Of a DNA stretch of 64,000 nucleotides, positions 37,496 to 51,900 are shown piece by piece. Both the position numbers and the translations under genes were made by a program. A model generated the notes under the pieces. That model ran no database searches and was not told where the DNA came from. It was given only the letters and a program-made list of their open reading frames with translations. Every line of letters begins with the position of its first letter. Position 1 is the first letter of the stretch. The stretch lies in contig OZ316897.1 of NCBI GenBank assembly GCA_973895155.1, forward strand, positions 7,368,470 to 7,432,469, read 5' to 3'. The DNA comes from Marsupella aquatica. Lineage: Eukaryota; Plantae; Marchantiophyta.

Positions 37496-40400
37496 ATGGA
37501 TGGAGTGGAAGCAACCAGCAGCAGCATGGTATCATCGTCAGAACATGCACGCTGGGGAGGGGCGCCACTTGTGTCAGTTGAAGCCCTTGCAGTCCTTATT
37601 GTGACTGCGGTGCTGTTGCAATTGAGATTTTCTTCCCTGGTACCGCGCATCCTGCTCATTCTCAGAAGCAGTTTCTCGTTTTTGCTGCATAAGACTAGTT
37701 CTCCTCTCCCTTCTCAAAAAAGCGAGGTGGAAAAGGTCCACGAAAAGAAAATTGAAAGCTTGCAGGAAGAGGATATCAAAATCCCGAGCCTGGACTACGA
37801 ATCAGCTCGCCGGGAGACTCGTTCCGTGTACCAGAACAGGATCTACCGCATACTCGGCATCGTCCCTGTAAGTTTTCTCGATCAATCAGGGTCACAGGAG
37901 TACAGAGTTTCATTTATTGCTTCACAGATTCTCATACTTCACTACACTCCCAGCATCTTGTTCTGCTTGCGGTAGCTACAAGTTGTATTAAACATCCTAT
38001 ACCAGGCTATCAATTGTGGCCCCAGCAATCATCTTCGGAGACTTGATGTGAACGAAAGAAGGAATGATTTGTAAAAGTCAAGCCTCTGTTTGGTGGCAAC
38101 CTTTTAGGTTGCTTGACATCCCTTCCTCTTGCTTCCAGTTTTACATCGTCCCAAATTGGTCGACGGTGGGGACCCACTTTTACCCTCCGAAATAGTAATA
38201 CTCAGAAAGTGAGTTTTCTCATGCCATGCAACTTCAATTCGCCAGTGATCTTTTAACAAAATGGTGAGCTAAATATGCCGGAAGGCACTGAAGTAGAAAT
38301 CACCCCTGAACTGTGAGATCGTCCTGGTTAGTGTCGTTTGGTCAAAATAGAAGCTCCTGAAGAGCTGCTGCTGTCAGCAAACTGAGCATTCGTCATTTCT
38401 TTCATCAAAGAATAAAAAACCTGTCGTTTTCATGTTCAGGGCTGTCCTAAATCGTTTTATGTACGATCTCTCGCTTGGTTGCCAAGAAATTAAAATTGTC
38501 GATGAATCTCAATTGGGTCTCTCAGGGGCTGACACCAGTGCCACACGTCATCATGACTGTGACTCCTGCTAAACGCACAGCGCTCTCGCTAGATTCTGCC
38601 AATCTCCATGGATTCGACGTCGTAAGGATAAGTCTCCTTCAGAAAGAATGTGGGCGGTCGATATTGAATTGCGATGAAAGCCTCCAGAGGGGGGTCTTAA
38701 TCTATGTTTTTTGGTCCATAATTATTGTGGACACTTTAAGGCTGCAGTAGGGCTGGGAGTGTGGTCTTGTAAGGATCCGAACGCGCGGAAGTGAACTTCC
38801 AGAGACTTCCTCGTTGACCATCACAACATTCACAATGAGCTGTCATTACGAAGCAGAATTGCCAAAGATGAGATCCCAGAAAGGAATTTGAAAGAAGGCC
38901 GCGAACATCCTTCCTAAACTAGTGACCCTAACAGCGACATATTGAATTGTACGCGAAAGATCTTTGACATAGCAAAGAAGTTCACAGTACTTTATATTCC
39001 CCATCAGGTGCTTGAAGAAACGCTTCTGTATGCGGAGGCTCTTAAAAGTTGCATTGGAGGCGAATGCTGAAGACAGTTTTTCCTTTTGCAGGATGAAGAC
39101 GTGGAGAACTTGAAGATAACTGAGGTAAACCGCCGTCTCTTACCGTTTCCTTCCTCGTCTCAACCGGCACATCAAAAACACCAGAGGCTCCTGCTTCACT
39201 TACCCAAATTTCGCGGAATTGCACTGTTCGGCTTGTAGTGAAATTGGAGAGTTGTACGATACCAAGCGACGACTTTTTCTAGGTGGTGTCAGCGCCTGTC
39301 GGTATCGGTTTTCACTCCGGCATTGATGATTTGTGCAGAAATATGAAAGGAATTCCCGTAATGTTGAGATCTTCAGCAAAAACTGGATACCCAAGAGTGG
39401 AATAATTAAAGCTGCGATCTGTTTTTGCCATGGTTACGGAGATACCTGCACCTTCTTCTTTGAAGGTGAGCTTTGGGATTCCTATGTAAGCACTTAAATC
39501 ATTGAAAGTTATTATACATTCATCATGAATGTGCACCCGCACTCACTGAGCAATGGATTTCGGTGTTTCATTTTAATTCCTAACTCGTTTTGAGTGCACA
39601 AGAGTTTTTCAGATTTAGCTGAAGGTTGGGTGGTCTTCGTTGCCAGGTATTGCAAGGAAATTAGCCTCGCAGAACTTCGCCGTGTTTGCCATGGACTATC
39701 CTGGTTTTGGGCTTTCTGGAGGGCTTCATGGCTACATTCCGAGTTTTGATTTACTGGTTGACTTCGTTACTGAACATTACTCTTCGCTTAAGAGTGAGTA
39801 ATCGCTAATTTTTAATCTTAACTGAATCGATAATTATGTTGTTGAAGGCATTTGAAACTATGCTCAAACTATGGCTTCGTCTATTTAAGGGAAAGGTTTG
39901 CCCATCACTGGGCTGCCTCCGGAGATGTATTTCTCGGAACATAGCGGAGGGGTACGTCTGAAACTGGAGGGATGGTTTGGTGATTTTCCTTGCTTTGAGA
40001 TTAGAGAAACTCTTTGATATCTTAGGAATTGCAAGACGTTGGGTTTAGGTTCGGAAGTTACGAATCTTGTTAGATCAAAGGACTGTGCGTGTCTTCGATG
40101 GGGGACCTCCTTGTCTGCACGTATGTCCTACCTGCATTCATGCAACTTATAATGGTCATCAAAGAGCGGCGTTCTTTCCTCCATAATTATTCAGATTCAG
40201 ATTCTGTGGTATTCTTCTGATTCTCTCATTAGGAGTAGAAGTAACATCATGAGCGTGTGATTGCAGAAGCTTATGGTTCTGGTTTTACTTTGTCGATCGT
40301 GCAGAGCAAGAAATATTTAGAGACATCCCGTTTTTCCTGATGGGAGAATCTATGGGTGGTGCCGTAGCTCTTAAAGCTCATTTCAGTATGCCTACTGCTT

Positions 40401-41485
40401 GGGATGGCGCAGTGCTCATTGCACCTATGTGCAAGGTATTCAATAGGCAATTTTATTTCGTCACGTAGCTTTGCATAATCGCTTATAATATATGTCCTAA
40501 GTAAATCATGGACATTACTCCCGGAAAAAGGTCACTTGAAGGGCAGTAACATGTAACTACTATGCTGTTCGACACAGCTGAGATGGTATGTCATGTACGG
40601 TAATATTACGAGTCTTGGATGAGGAGAAATGAACCTGATTCTAGATAATCAATTTTTGTGATCCTAATCGCTCTCGTCATTTTTTACACTTGCAGATTTC
40701 AGAGGAAATGTACCCGCCGTGGTTCATAATAGAGATCTTGAAGCTTCTTGCCAGAATCGTACCCAAGGCAAGAATTGTTCCAAGCGGAGATATCGCTGAG
40801 ATCGGTTTCCAAGACGTTGAGAAAAGACAGCAAGCCATGCAAAACATAATCGCTTATGTTGGCAAACCCAGGCTGGGAACTGCTCTGTCACTCCTCAAGG
40901 CAACAGATGATATCGAGAAACGTTTGGACAAGGTACATGTGTGATTTATAGAATGGGAGCTTCTTCCATTTGTTCCCCTAAATTTGGTTCTCTTATTGGT
41001 TGTGGAGGATTTTTTTATCAAAAGCTACACATGACAAAGTTAGTTTTAGAAAGAGTTGCACCTTGAGATCCTCACGCTCAGTAGGGGTCGACTTAGCTTT
41101 CATTTGGCAGGGCGTTAACTAAATTTGCAAGATATTCTGGAATTTGTGACTTCAAAGTGTGCTGCATCCTTCAAACATTCCTTGATTAATTTCGCCATTC
41201 GATATTACATGAGGAACAAGTGATATACTATAATGCTACTTATGCTTTTTTCTTCTGCAGGTTTCGTTGCCCATGTTAATTGTACACGGAGCTAAGGATA
41301 GAGTTACAGATCCTGCTGTCAGCAAAGCATTGTATGAGCAAGCATGTAGCAAGGACAAAACACTAAATGTCTATGAAAACGCATGGCATGCTGTACTGGA
41401 AGGTGAATCTGACGAGGCGATCGATACTGCTATAGGCGATATTGTGGCGTGGTTAGACGCTCACTCTGTAAAGATAAGCAGCTAG
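37496..41485 (+). CDS. Monoacylglycerol lipase / lysophospholipase (caffeoyl shikimate esterase-like alpha/beta hydrolase, Hydrolase_4 family)
   Basis: GT-AG exons 37496-37867, 39092-39124, 39339-39465, 39647-39793, 40305-40435, 40696-40932, 41261-41485 join in frame. Motifs CHGYGDTC, DYPGFGLS.GLHGY, nucleophile GESMG, HG..D.VTD, WH. Start codon uncertain because the frame is open upstream to ~37205. Confidence 0.92.
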
Positions 41486-42298
41486 TAGGGGACGATACTT
41501 AGAATTAGGCTATAGTTCTGCATGTGAAATTTAAATCGAGGTGGGGATTCTGGGAAACATGAGTGGTGTTTATGGGCTGGATTACTTTGTATATTTTCTG
41601 TACAGTGGTCCTTCTTCATTCTTGAACTGGTGTTACAAAGGGAAATTTGACTTGAAATCGGAAAGATCAGATCAGTAGAACGTGCTAGATCGTTGAGGCG
41701 AATCTCAACTGGCTGAAAGTGTTTAGGGCCGATGAATTACGAAATTAGTGTTGAACTCAAAATTGAAAATGAGGTATCGCTCCTCAAAATTATCTGATGT
41801 GAAGGAGTTGCTGAAGGTTTGTGTCGGACATGATATAATTCTGCTCTCGGGTTGGAGTCAGAAAGCGAAAGCTCCGAATGGAAATAGAGTGTCTTTTTGG
41901 TGATTGCAGCTTCTTTTATGAGTAGACAGTTCATCATATTCCTCTTTGAAACAAGCCCACTCATCACCCACATCACCATTGAGCATAGACCTATGCAAAA
42001 CGTTTGGCAAGCCTCGGTACATAGATTCCTGCAGGAAAACTAGCATGGAGCTGGCAGATCATAAAGTAGATCATAAAGCTTCAAACTATAGTGCCAGGCC
42101 TAAGTTGATAAGCGTTGTGAAACACCCATGCAATAGACAAGATAAGTCGTGAATGCCAAGTGAATTTCCTCGACTCTCGTGGGGACAAAGGACAGATATC
42201 GACTTTGACTAGTATATTGGTAACTAAACCTCTAAGAAATCGATTCGCTGCCTTATCCATTTGTTTCATTTATGTGACTAAACGGGATGATCCCTTTT

Positions 42299-42811
42299 TA
42301 CTAACCTGTCCCCTAAACTACCTGATATTATCAACATGTCCCCAAACTACCTAATATTATTAACATGTCCCCCAAACAAAATTAATTATTAACCCGTCCC
42401 CCATTTCATACTCAGGTCAGTATTAACTTGTATATGGGTTCATGTTGCCATGTGGCAACTCACTATTGGCTATCCTTGACCCTCCTTCACCTCTCAGGTC
42501 CCCTGCCCCACTAAATTTTTCCTGAGTAAAAAAGAGGGCCATGTCGGGTTTTTGTGAGGGGAGTGTGGACCAAAAAAATGACAAGTATGTTTTTTGCCCC
42601 TCCTGCGCCTGCAACTGTGCCCTGCAATGGGGAGGGGGGTTGAGGGGGGTGCCAGCAGGCTAAGGCTAGCCAACAGTGAGTTGTCACGTGGCAATGGGAA
42701 CCTGTATACGAGTTAATACTGACCCCAATACGAAATGAGGGACAAGTTGAATAAAAAATTTATTTGGGGGGCGCGCTAGTAATCTCAGGTAGTTTGGGGG
42801 ACAAGTTAGTA
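42299..42811. mobile_element. Non-autonomous foldback element/MITE (Mutator-like), ~180-bp inverted arms
   Basis: 42299-42480 (CTAACCTGTCCCCTAAACTACCTG...GGTCAGTATTAAC...GGCAACTCACT) is the reverse complement of 42660-42811; no coding capacity; TSD not resolved. Confidence 0.75.
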
Positions 42812-43439
42812 CAATGCTGTTATGTAATTTATAATTTGTCCTACGAATTATTTTTCTTTGTTTTCTCATCCATGTGAAATTGGATGTTGACCCTAAACAT
42901 TATAAATATTTTTTTTCTCCCAACATGAGCATGAACCCTTTAAGTTATTTTTACTTCCACGATGAAAGTGGCACAAGAGGACCACACAATCCCCCTCAAC
43001 AAAAAGGAACATTCAACCTTCCTCTCTTCGATGCACTTGACACCACTCTATTCCTTCTATGAATAGAATTAATCCGTGGACCCCCATGTTATTTTAGAGA
43101 CAGTTATCTAGAAACCCTAGATGGACCTCCAAATCTTAAGAAAAAAAATTTTAAAAATGGACAAGTCAATGTTTGACACTTGAAACAATTGTTAAACTTA
43201 CCAAAACAACCATAATTAACATCAATCGCAAAACAAGCTGCAATGTGAACTACTCTTTAATGTGTGGGCAGCTTAATTGCCCACTTCAGCAAAACGGTGA
43301 TCAATTTCCTTCACGTTATCGAAGGGATGCTGGATGCATTCAGGTTGCATCGAAAGTAATCACTTTTCAATTCCTACATGCAGATAGACAAAGAGAGAGA
43401 AGTCATTGGTGTCATCAAATCACTAACCTTGCATAATTG

Positions 43440-45760
43440 TTTAAGACAAAAAAATTCATGGAAACAAATTTCCAATTGTGGAATTCAGAATGGATAGAAA
43501 GTTTGAAAAATTTAGAAATTCGTGACCACTTTAGTACTTGATAAAATCTCCCAATGTCACACTCATTAGAAAGCTAGAGGACATTGGAAATTTATAATCT
43601 CCTCAGAACTCAACTAAATCTATCAATGTTAAGTTCATTAAACAACTAAAGAAATTCGAAAATTCATAATCTCCTTAGTACTCGATAAAATCTATCAATT
43701 TTAGGTTTATTCTCATGGAAGGGGTCAAAATTTCAGGGTTGTACAACAAAATTTCTATTCACATTAGAGATTACAAAATCATGGGTAAAATCTATTTTTC
43801 AAATTATTTACTCAATTCGTATCGAATGGTGACAATTCTGAGTTCATCACGACCGTCTCTTCAAGATCTTTCCAACGCCATATTATACGTGAGTTTTCAT
43901 TATGATTTGACTCAACAATATCAAATCAAAAATTATTGTGAGGAAAATTTTATGTTTTAAATGAAATCAAAATGGAAATAAAACCGTTATTGGGAGCAAT
44001 TTACCTCAATCTTTTTATCTTTTGATTTGCATGTCAATTGTTTTACATTATTTTTTACGGCATGGCGTCCTAGTTTTTACAGCAAAGTTGCCACAAACAC
44101 GAATGTAGAAGTTAATTTTATCCAAAAACAAGTCCCTTCCTGTTTGTGACATGCCATGATGATGTGGCGCACTGTGGAACCAGAAATTTTGGAAAGGACC
44201 TCTAATGGGGGTCCATAATAATGTCCTAGCTAGAGGGCATTGTGAGATATAATGCCCAGAAAACAAGGGCTGTAGCCCAAGTTTTGAGGGGCTTTAGGGC
44301 CGTCTTGCATGTACAAGGTCTTTTGGTTTCCGGCCCTGAAATGAACCCGTGGCCTTTTTTTAATCAAGCGACAGTTCGGCAGTCTTGACGCCATCTTTGG
44401 TGGAGTTGCAAGGGCAAGGGCCGGAAAATTTCCGGCCCTTGAGGTCCCCAACCTTCAAATCATAATAAAACAAAATGGTAGACATAACACGTCGTCTTCG
44501 ACTCAGACTTCTGGACGTTTTTCCCGTGTATCTGCTCCCCACTCCTGGTAGATTTGGTTTGCACTTTTTCCCGACATTTGTGGGCTGGTAAGGGCCACTT
44601 TTTTGAGGACTCTTGCACATGCAAGACAGCCCTTATTCTCAAAATTAATCCGTGGACCCCCATGTTCATCCAAAGAATGTGTGTTTGATGAAGTGAAATC
44701 AATTTTCAACAAGGCGGTAATCGACGGTTTGGAGTCTCTCGATGGTCTTGGTGTGTGCTCGTACAAAAGAAAACGCTCAAAAGATAGAGGAGATTTATCA
44801 ACGGAAGGTTGAATATGAAGGAATTGAGTTTTTTGACGGTTTTTGCTTACACATTGGAGAAATTGTGTTTCTATCATTCATGATTGATTGTTTGTGAGTT
44901 ACATTGAGCATTACTGCCACAAGACAGACTAGAGGACAACACTTAGCTATTGGCAAAAGAGCGCTTGTCGATTTGGTGGGAAGAACACACAAAACAAACG
45001 AGTCATCGCTTCACATGAAGAATTTGTAGTTTTTTTATTTAAGAAAGCTATGGTGTGAAAGGGAGACCCACGATTGTTTCTTTGACATAGAGGCTGCATT
45101 TGGCGTCAACCTATGTTCAGAGTGAGCTTCAGTTGAAGACTAGAGGAATGCAAACAATTCAAGCCGGGAAGCAAGCATTGTGGACAAGGGATGGTGACGT
45201 AATCAAAGAAATCAATTTTCAACGGCTAAGTTTGTGATGGTGATGAGATTGTGATATCTCTTAATCGAGAAAGGGTTTCCAATGAGCCTGAGATTGACAA
45301 ATTTTGTCAAGTTTCAAATGAATTTTTGAATTTCTTTGCCTTTCCAATGAGTGTGAGTATAAGAAATATTGATCATGAGTCCATGAATTCTTTTAGTTTT
45401 CCAACATTGAGTCCGACATTGACAAATTTTACGTCAGATTTTGTCACGATACTAAAGAGATCATGAGGTTTTCAATCTCTCTAGCTTTCTAATGTGTGAC
45501 ATTGAGATATTCGTCAAGAATTAGAGAGATCATGAGTATCTGAATTTCTCTAGCTTTCCAATGAACCTAACATTGATAGATTTTGTCAAGTACTAAGGAG
45601 ATGATGAGTTTTTAATTTTACTTTAGCTTTCCAATGAGTGTGACATTGAGAGATTTGATCAAGACAAGACTAAAGAGGTCACGAGTTTCTAAATCTTGAT
45701 CTTGAGTTTTCCAATGAATCAAACATTGACAGATTTTATCAAGTACTAAGGAGATTGATT
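43440..45760. repeat. Degenerate ~65-70 bp minisatellite arrays in inverted orientation (43500-43710 and 45270-45760)
   Basis: CAATGTCACACTCATT(A/G)GAAAGCTA at ~43550 is the reverse complement of TAGCTTTCCAATGAGTGTGACATTG at ~45625; units recur in both blocks. Confidence 0.65.
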
Positions 45761-46869
45761 ATTTAGTTTTACAATGTGAAGCCAAAGGGGTTTTAACTAT
45801 GTACATTTCTATTGGTTGGTTTTTTCAAGCTTGCAAATAATTAAAAAATACAAGCATTTTGATATAAAACATTGATATATTTTTAACAAACATCAAAAGG
45901 TAATTTTATTTTACTGAATGACATATCTCCCTTTGTATTTTGGTTTTTTTACGTTCAATATTTACGGCATGGCGCTCCCAAAATTACGTTGCTTTTGCCA
46001 CAAACAGGACTGTGCACATTTGTTATTGTTAAAAGTAGGATCATTCCTGTTTGTGGCTGGTTGTGGTGATGTGTCGCAACCTCATGGCAGGGAATTTGCA
46101 AGAGACCTCTCATGGGGTCCGTAACTAGCCAGGACATTAACATACATACCAAGTTGAGTGATGTTTGGGGAAAAGACAAAAAACAGTAAACTTGTGAAAC
46201 AGATAGAAAAAGTTGAAGGGCCATGCAACAAGTTTTTGGCATGCGATTGGTTGCAAACATGAAAGATGCCAAAACAAGAATCTAATAAGATGCAATATAT
46301 TCAATTCAATACAATCTTTGTTTTGTAATAAAATCTGACTTATATATTGTTTTGTGTGGTAAGAATGGTTTTACAATTTCCTATATTTGTGGTGCTTCTT
46401 ATTACCCCCTCCTCAAAAGAATGGAGGTATATTAATGAGAGATTATTGCCCTGAAAAATGCAAAGAGAAAAGTCACAAAAGTCTTTAAGTTTACAGGTAA
46501 GGACAAAGGGTGTTTCTGTACGAGATACTTTGTAAACCGTATATGTTCGACCTGTGTGTGCTGGAAGACCCTAAACTGGAGGATAAATCAAAAACTATAA
46601 TAACATGTTGCACCTTTTTATGTAGTGGTCATCGTTCAAAATTGCAGTGCCTAAAAAAGAAGTAATCAATAAAGAAAAGACATGAAATCTTCATCCAAAA
46701 TTGCAGTGCCAAAAAAGAAATAATAAATAAACAGAAGACATAAAACTAATTAAATATAGCGTGAACCAACGAGTGGACCAAAAGGACTCTAAACCTTGTC
46801 ACACTAAAAGGAATCAAATGATCGAGACAAAAGACAAAAATTGGAACTACCTCCATGCACCAGTATGAA

Positions 46870-48107
46870 GGAGTACCAGCAAAATACTTGATGTCCCTCT
46901 CTAGCTAAAGATATTCCTGACTACTATAGCCCCTAATCTTTCAAATATACTTAATGGGCCCCTTGTCCCTCTAACCCTTTCTCAAGACCTGTCATATTAT
47001 TTTTTCCATTTTTTAAGTGTAACATACTATACAACTATCTACTTTAGTCCACCTGATGTACTGTCTAGAAACAATTCAATGCACTCTTGTTTGAAAATAA
47101 CTATATGACTTATGTATCTTAGCTCTTCTCACTCTCATATTCATTAGTTTCATGTTTTGAAATACTTCTGCAAGGGAAGTAGTACTTAAGATAAGTAATT
47201 TTTGCTCTCTTTAGTTATTTTCTGTCCATTTTTTGGAATTACTCATACCTGAAAGTATTTCTCCAAAGCATACTCATAGCTGAACTTTAGGAAGGTGAAT
47301 CAATGGTTTTGGGTTATCCGGGTGCTATTTGGGTGCTATTTTTTAAAAGTTGTTTTTTTTAAATAAATCATGTGGGACTTAAAAAATTCTTTGATACTAT
47401 TTTTCCAAAAACATTTTTGGAAATAATCATCCTAGAAGTGAGCATTTCCTTGGTGTCATTTGTGTGATATTTATTTTTTAGGTGTGAGCACCTAGGTAAA
47501 GTATTTCAGGCAATTTACGCAATAGCCACCATTGTCATCTCCGCAGTCCTTTCTGCAATCTGATTGGTCCTCACAAGCCTCAGGGTGGTCTGCCTTAACC
47601 CTGCTGCAAGACCTTTGGACAGTGGTTCCAAAATGACAAACATGAACATGAAACATGTATTTTGTTTTCAACCCAGAAGCCCACCCATGCAGCACATTCC
47701 AAGAATGAAGGCAACCATTGAACTCACCAAAACTGTTAAACATTTCTCCAAGTCTAATCTCTTAGTAATTGTTAGGGTATAACTAAAGAGAATAGACTTA
47801 CTCCCTACTTTGTGTGCAAGTGTAATTTAAAATGAATATGAGAGTGACGGGGGCTAAATACTTTGTATATAAGTTATATATATATTTTAAACAAGAGTAC
47901 ACTGAAAATTGCTTCTAGACAGTTTATCTGATGGACTGACATAGATAATTCTACAGTCATGTTACAATTAAAAATGGGAAAAATAATATGACAGGTCCTG
48001 AGAAAGGGTTACAGGGACAAAGAGCCTCATTAAATATATTTGAAAAGTTAGGGGCTGGTTAGGGATATCTTTAGCTAGAAGGGCCCATCAAGTATGTTGG
48101 AGTACCC
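46870..48107. mobile_element. Non-autonomous TIR DNA transposon, ~235-bp inverted arms
   Basis: 46870-47100 (ATACTTGATG..CTAGCTAAAGATAT..GACCTGTCATATTATTTTT..CTCTTGTTT) is the reverse complement of 47885-48107; superfamily unresolved. Confidence 0.8.
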
Positions 48108-48669
48108 TCACTTTATGCACAAGAAACAATATTGGGTGTATAGGGAAATCATGAGAGAAATTAATTAAACAAAGTCAAACAGAGTACCTTATTTGGTAGA
48201 AGGAGTGTAGAAGTCACTATAATATCATATACTCTAGAAATTGTATCTTTCAATCTCAATAAAAAATGTGAACCAATTTTTAGCCCTTTATTAAAAATTT
48301 GTTTTTTAAACCTCTGCCCAAATTACCCTTAGCCTACCCAACCTGACAAGATAATAAAGTAAATTGAATTTTTATTTTAAAATAATTATTAAAATTGAAT
48401 TTTAAAATTTTCCCCAAAAATCATTTCTTGAAACTTCAAAGCCAAGACTAGGTATGTATGATTAGTCTTGGCTTTAAAGTTTTGAACAAACTTGAGTATA
48501 AATAAAATCTATAAAATGCTGATTTCTCTAAAAAAATTTATAAAATAAACCAAATTTTTCTATCACTCAGTTGTGCTTAGACTCTACGTTGTGATGAGTG
48601 TTATCTCAAGTCTCTAATTTTTTATGTGCAATGCACGGGTTGTTGAACACCATCACAACAACTTTACTT

Positions 48670-48949
48670 TGCCTTGACATATTTTTCTCATCTCTATTTT
48701 TTCTCATATTGACATTTTTATCTCACCATGACCGTTTTTTCTCACCTCGACATTTTTTTTGTCCTTGATATTTGTTTCTCTCCTCTACACCTTTTCTCAC
48801 CTGACGTGAGATATTTTCCTCACCTCCGCATCTTTCTCACCTCTACATCTTATCTTTTCTCACCTTGACATTTTTATCTCACCACAAAATTTTTCCCTCA
48901 CCCTTGACATCTTTTCTCACCTCAACATATTTTCTTCATCTTTACATCT
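48670..48949. repeat. Degenerate ~18-20 bp tandem repeat (TTTTCTCACCT(C/T)GACAT); related repeats resume at 55744-55980 after Copia B
   Basis: More than 10 imperfect units visible. Confidence 0.7.
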
Positions 48950-51900
48950 TGTTAGGAATTGACTCAAGTTCCCGACTTTAGTTAGTTTGGCCTTACTAGG
49001 GTTAGTTGAACCCTTGGTTAGTTTAGGATAAGATCCACTTATTTAGGCCCACACATCTTAGTCCCCCTTGGGGGTATAGGTTGGAGGGAGAGCATTCTCT
49101 CCATCATTCTTCACATGTTGTTTCTCATGATCTATGGATCCTTCAAGAGTTTCTCCATCATTGTTGTCTTGTAGGTGTAGTATGAGATTGTGTGCATTCT
49201 CATGTTCCGCATTGTTGCCTAGTCTGAGCTGACAGTTTCCAACAAGTGGTATCAAAGTTTCATGTTTGACGTTCAGTTGATTGGGCAGTGGGGAGAATGT
49301 ACAGTGTGCTGGATTGGGTGAAAGATTGAATAATTATCGATGATTGCATGATCATTTCACTGGCTTTGCGCTGGAGTTTTCCTGTTTGGAAGAGGTGACA
49401 ATTTTCTTTGTCGTGATTGCTCGGCTACGGCGGCCGAAAGCTTGTTTACAATGTGACATTTGAATCAACTACTGAATGTGGGGAAGAAGTTGCTTAATAG
49501 ATAGCCTGCGGAGTTTTGGATTTTTTCAGCCAAATATTGGCTTCTACAAAGCTATTTTGCGGGAGTTATTGCTACTTTAGGATTGCAATTTTTTCTTATG
49601 GTTTGTTGTAGTTCCGCGATGGAGAGTTAGGCGCAGTGTCACAACTTGAATTGCTGCATGATATTGGGGTTCTTCTTAGAGCTTGTGGTTGAACTACATG
49701 GTTGAGCACCTTGTCACGAGGGTGCTAGTGTTGTTTCGACCAAACTGATTAGCTGATAGCTAAGTTTGTGATAGGATTTGCTCCGACCAGTGCCACAATT
49801 CTCATGTATCTTTGCATTCAAATGTTGCAGTTTTTGAGTCAATTGGGGATCGTTGGATCCTGGACCAGGTTGGATCGTGGCAATCAGTCATATAGATCAA
49901 TTTGCTTTTGGCTGGTCAAGAACTGAGCACGGATTTTGAGTGATAAGATTGGGGATTGAGAATCTACCTCAACCATGCTGATAGCCGCACATGTTATATT
50001 GTGATAAGGCCAACAGGTGGGCCCCTCACAAGTAAACAATAAATTGAGAGGGTTTTAGAGAGTGACCCGAAGAAGTCTCACCCCAAGGGCAACCCTAAGT
50101 AGGGTCAAACCAAGAGCAAACTGGAAAATGGTTTTGCCGATAATTTTCTTATTGAAGTCAATTTGAAAAATTGTTTTACGCTGGTGCATTCAAAACTCAA
50201 ATTTGCCAACTTCCAATTTTGGTAAATTTTTGAGTGGAGGTAGTTTGGTACTTGTGTCTCCTGTGTGTTTGTGGAAGCATCCATGACTTCACGAAAGCTT
50301 GCAACGCCAAAGTTTGAGGTGGAGAAGTTTGACGGAAAAGTCAGTTATAGCCTCTAGACTCAGAAGGTGACCAATGTGTTGATTCAGCAGGGTCTTGAGA
50401 AGACCACTACTGGAGTGAAGCCCTTGACTCTAACAGATGAGGAGTGGGAAGGCATGTCGATGCAGGCATGACATAGTACAATCAAGTTGTTCTTGGCCAA
50501 CAACATTCTCAAAAACGTGTTGGGGATGGATCAGAATGCCAAGCAGATCTGGGATAGTTACGCTTACCCCAACGCTTACTCAACTATACCAGAGTACTTT
50601 GTTGACTAGTCGTATTTATCAATTGGAACTGTTGTTCAGGTTGAAGTTGAAGGATGGTGGAAACATGCATGATTATCTGAGTCTTTTTGATGAGATTGTG
50701 CATGAGGTGACCACGGGAGGAGAAAAGTTGACCTATGAGTACCTTGCAATGCATTTGTTGATGTCGCTTCCAAAGAGTTTTTCAACGTTGGTAATGGTCA
50801 TCACACATGACAAGACTACGTTGAAGTTTGATGCGGTGAAGGCTACCGTTCTTGCAAAATGGAGCAAGCAACATCTTTTTGACTGTGAAGATGAATCTGT
50901 TGCCTTAATGGTTAGAGGCAAATCAACTGAGCGTACTATGGACCCGTCTACATCTACATCTCAAAGTAGATCTAAATCTAAGTCCCGTAGTAAGAAACTT
51001 CAATGTTGGCATTGTCATGAGAAGGGCCACATCAAGTGGAATTGTTCTTCTTTGTCGAAGAAAAAGTATCCTGCTTCCAACGGTGCGTCCTCCTCGTCAA
51101 CTGGCATTGTGATTGCTGATAATGAGGGATGCTGCTGAAGTGCTATGTATCGGTGTTGTAAATTCTGTGTATGACAATAAATGGATGTTGGATTTGGGTT
51201 CCTCTTATCACATGTGTCCAACGCAATCTTATCTCTCCAATTATCAACCTTGTACTGGTATTATGGAAATCAGAAATGATGTTTGATGTGTGATTGTCGA
51301 CATGGGGACTATCAAATTCCGGATGTTTGATGGTGTTGTACGAGCACTGATAGAAGTCAGACACATACCAGACATCTGTAAGAATTTGGTTTCCCTGGGT
51401 GCTTTGAAAGCTGGTGGATCTCATTTCACTGCACGTGATGGTGCGCTCTTTGTCAAAGGTGATGTATCTTTGGTTAAGGTGCTACGGCATAATAATTTGT
51501 ACCTCTTGCAAGGAAATGTCATTGCTCCTCAAGTGGGGCATGTGGATTCTATGGTGGAATGTTTGGATGCAGTAATGATATTTGTCGCAAAGTCATCTTT
51601 GGCTGCTTCAATTGAAGCACCCTCAACATCTGGTCACACACAAGCCATAGATTTTTGGCATGCATGGTTGGGGCACTTGAGTGGTAAAGCATTGGCAGCC
51701 TTGGCAAACATAGATTTTTTGTAAGACGCTCAATCTGATAAACTCTCTTTCTGTGAAGATTGCATCTATGGCAAGCAGAGGAGAGTGAGTTTCAATTCTA
51801 GTTTATACCATTCTCATGAGATTCTTGAGTATGTACATTTGGCTGTTTGGGATCCAGCGCCAAAGCCGTCGTTGGGTGGAGCCAGATATTTTGTGACATT

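Noticed and set aside
48670-48949. Short repeats resembling a CRISPR array
   Set aside because: Degenerate tandem units with no unique spacers, in a eukaryotic context with no cas genes
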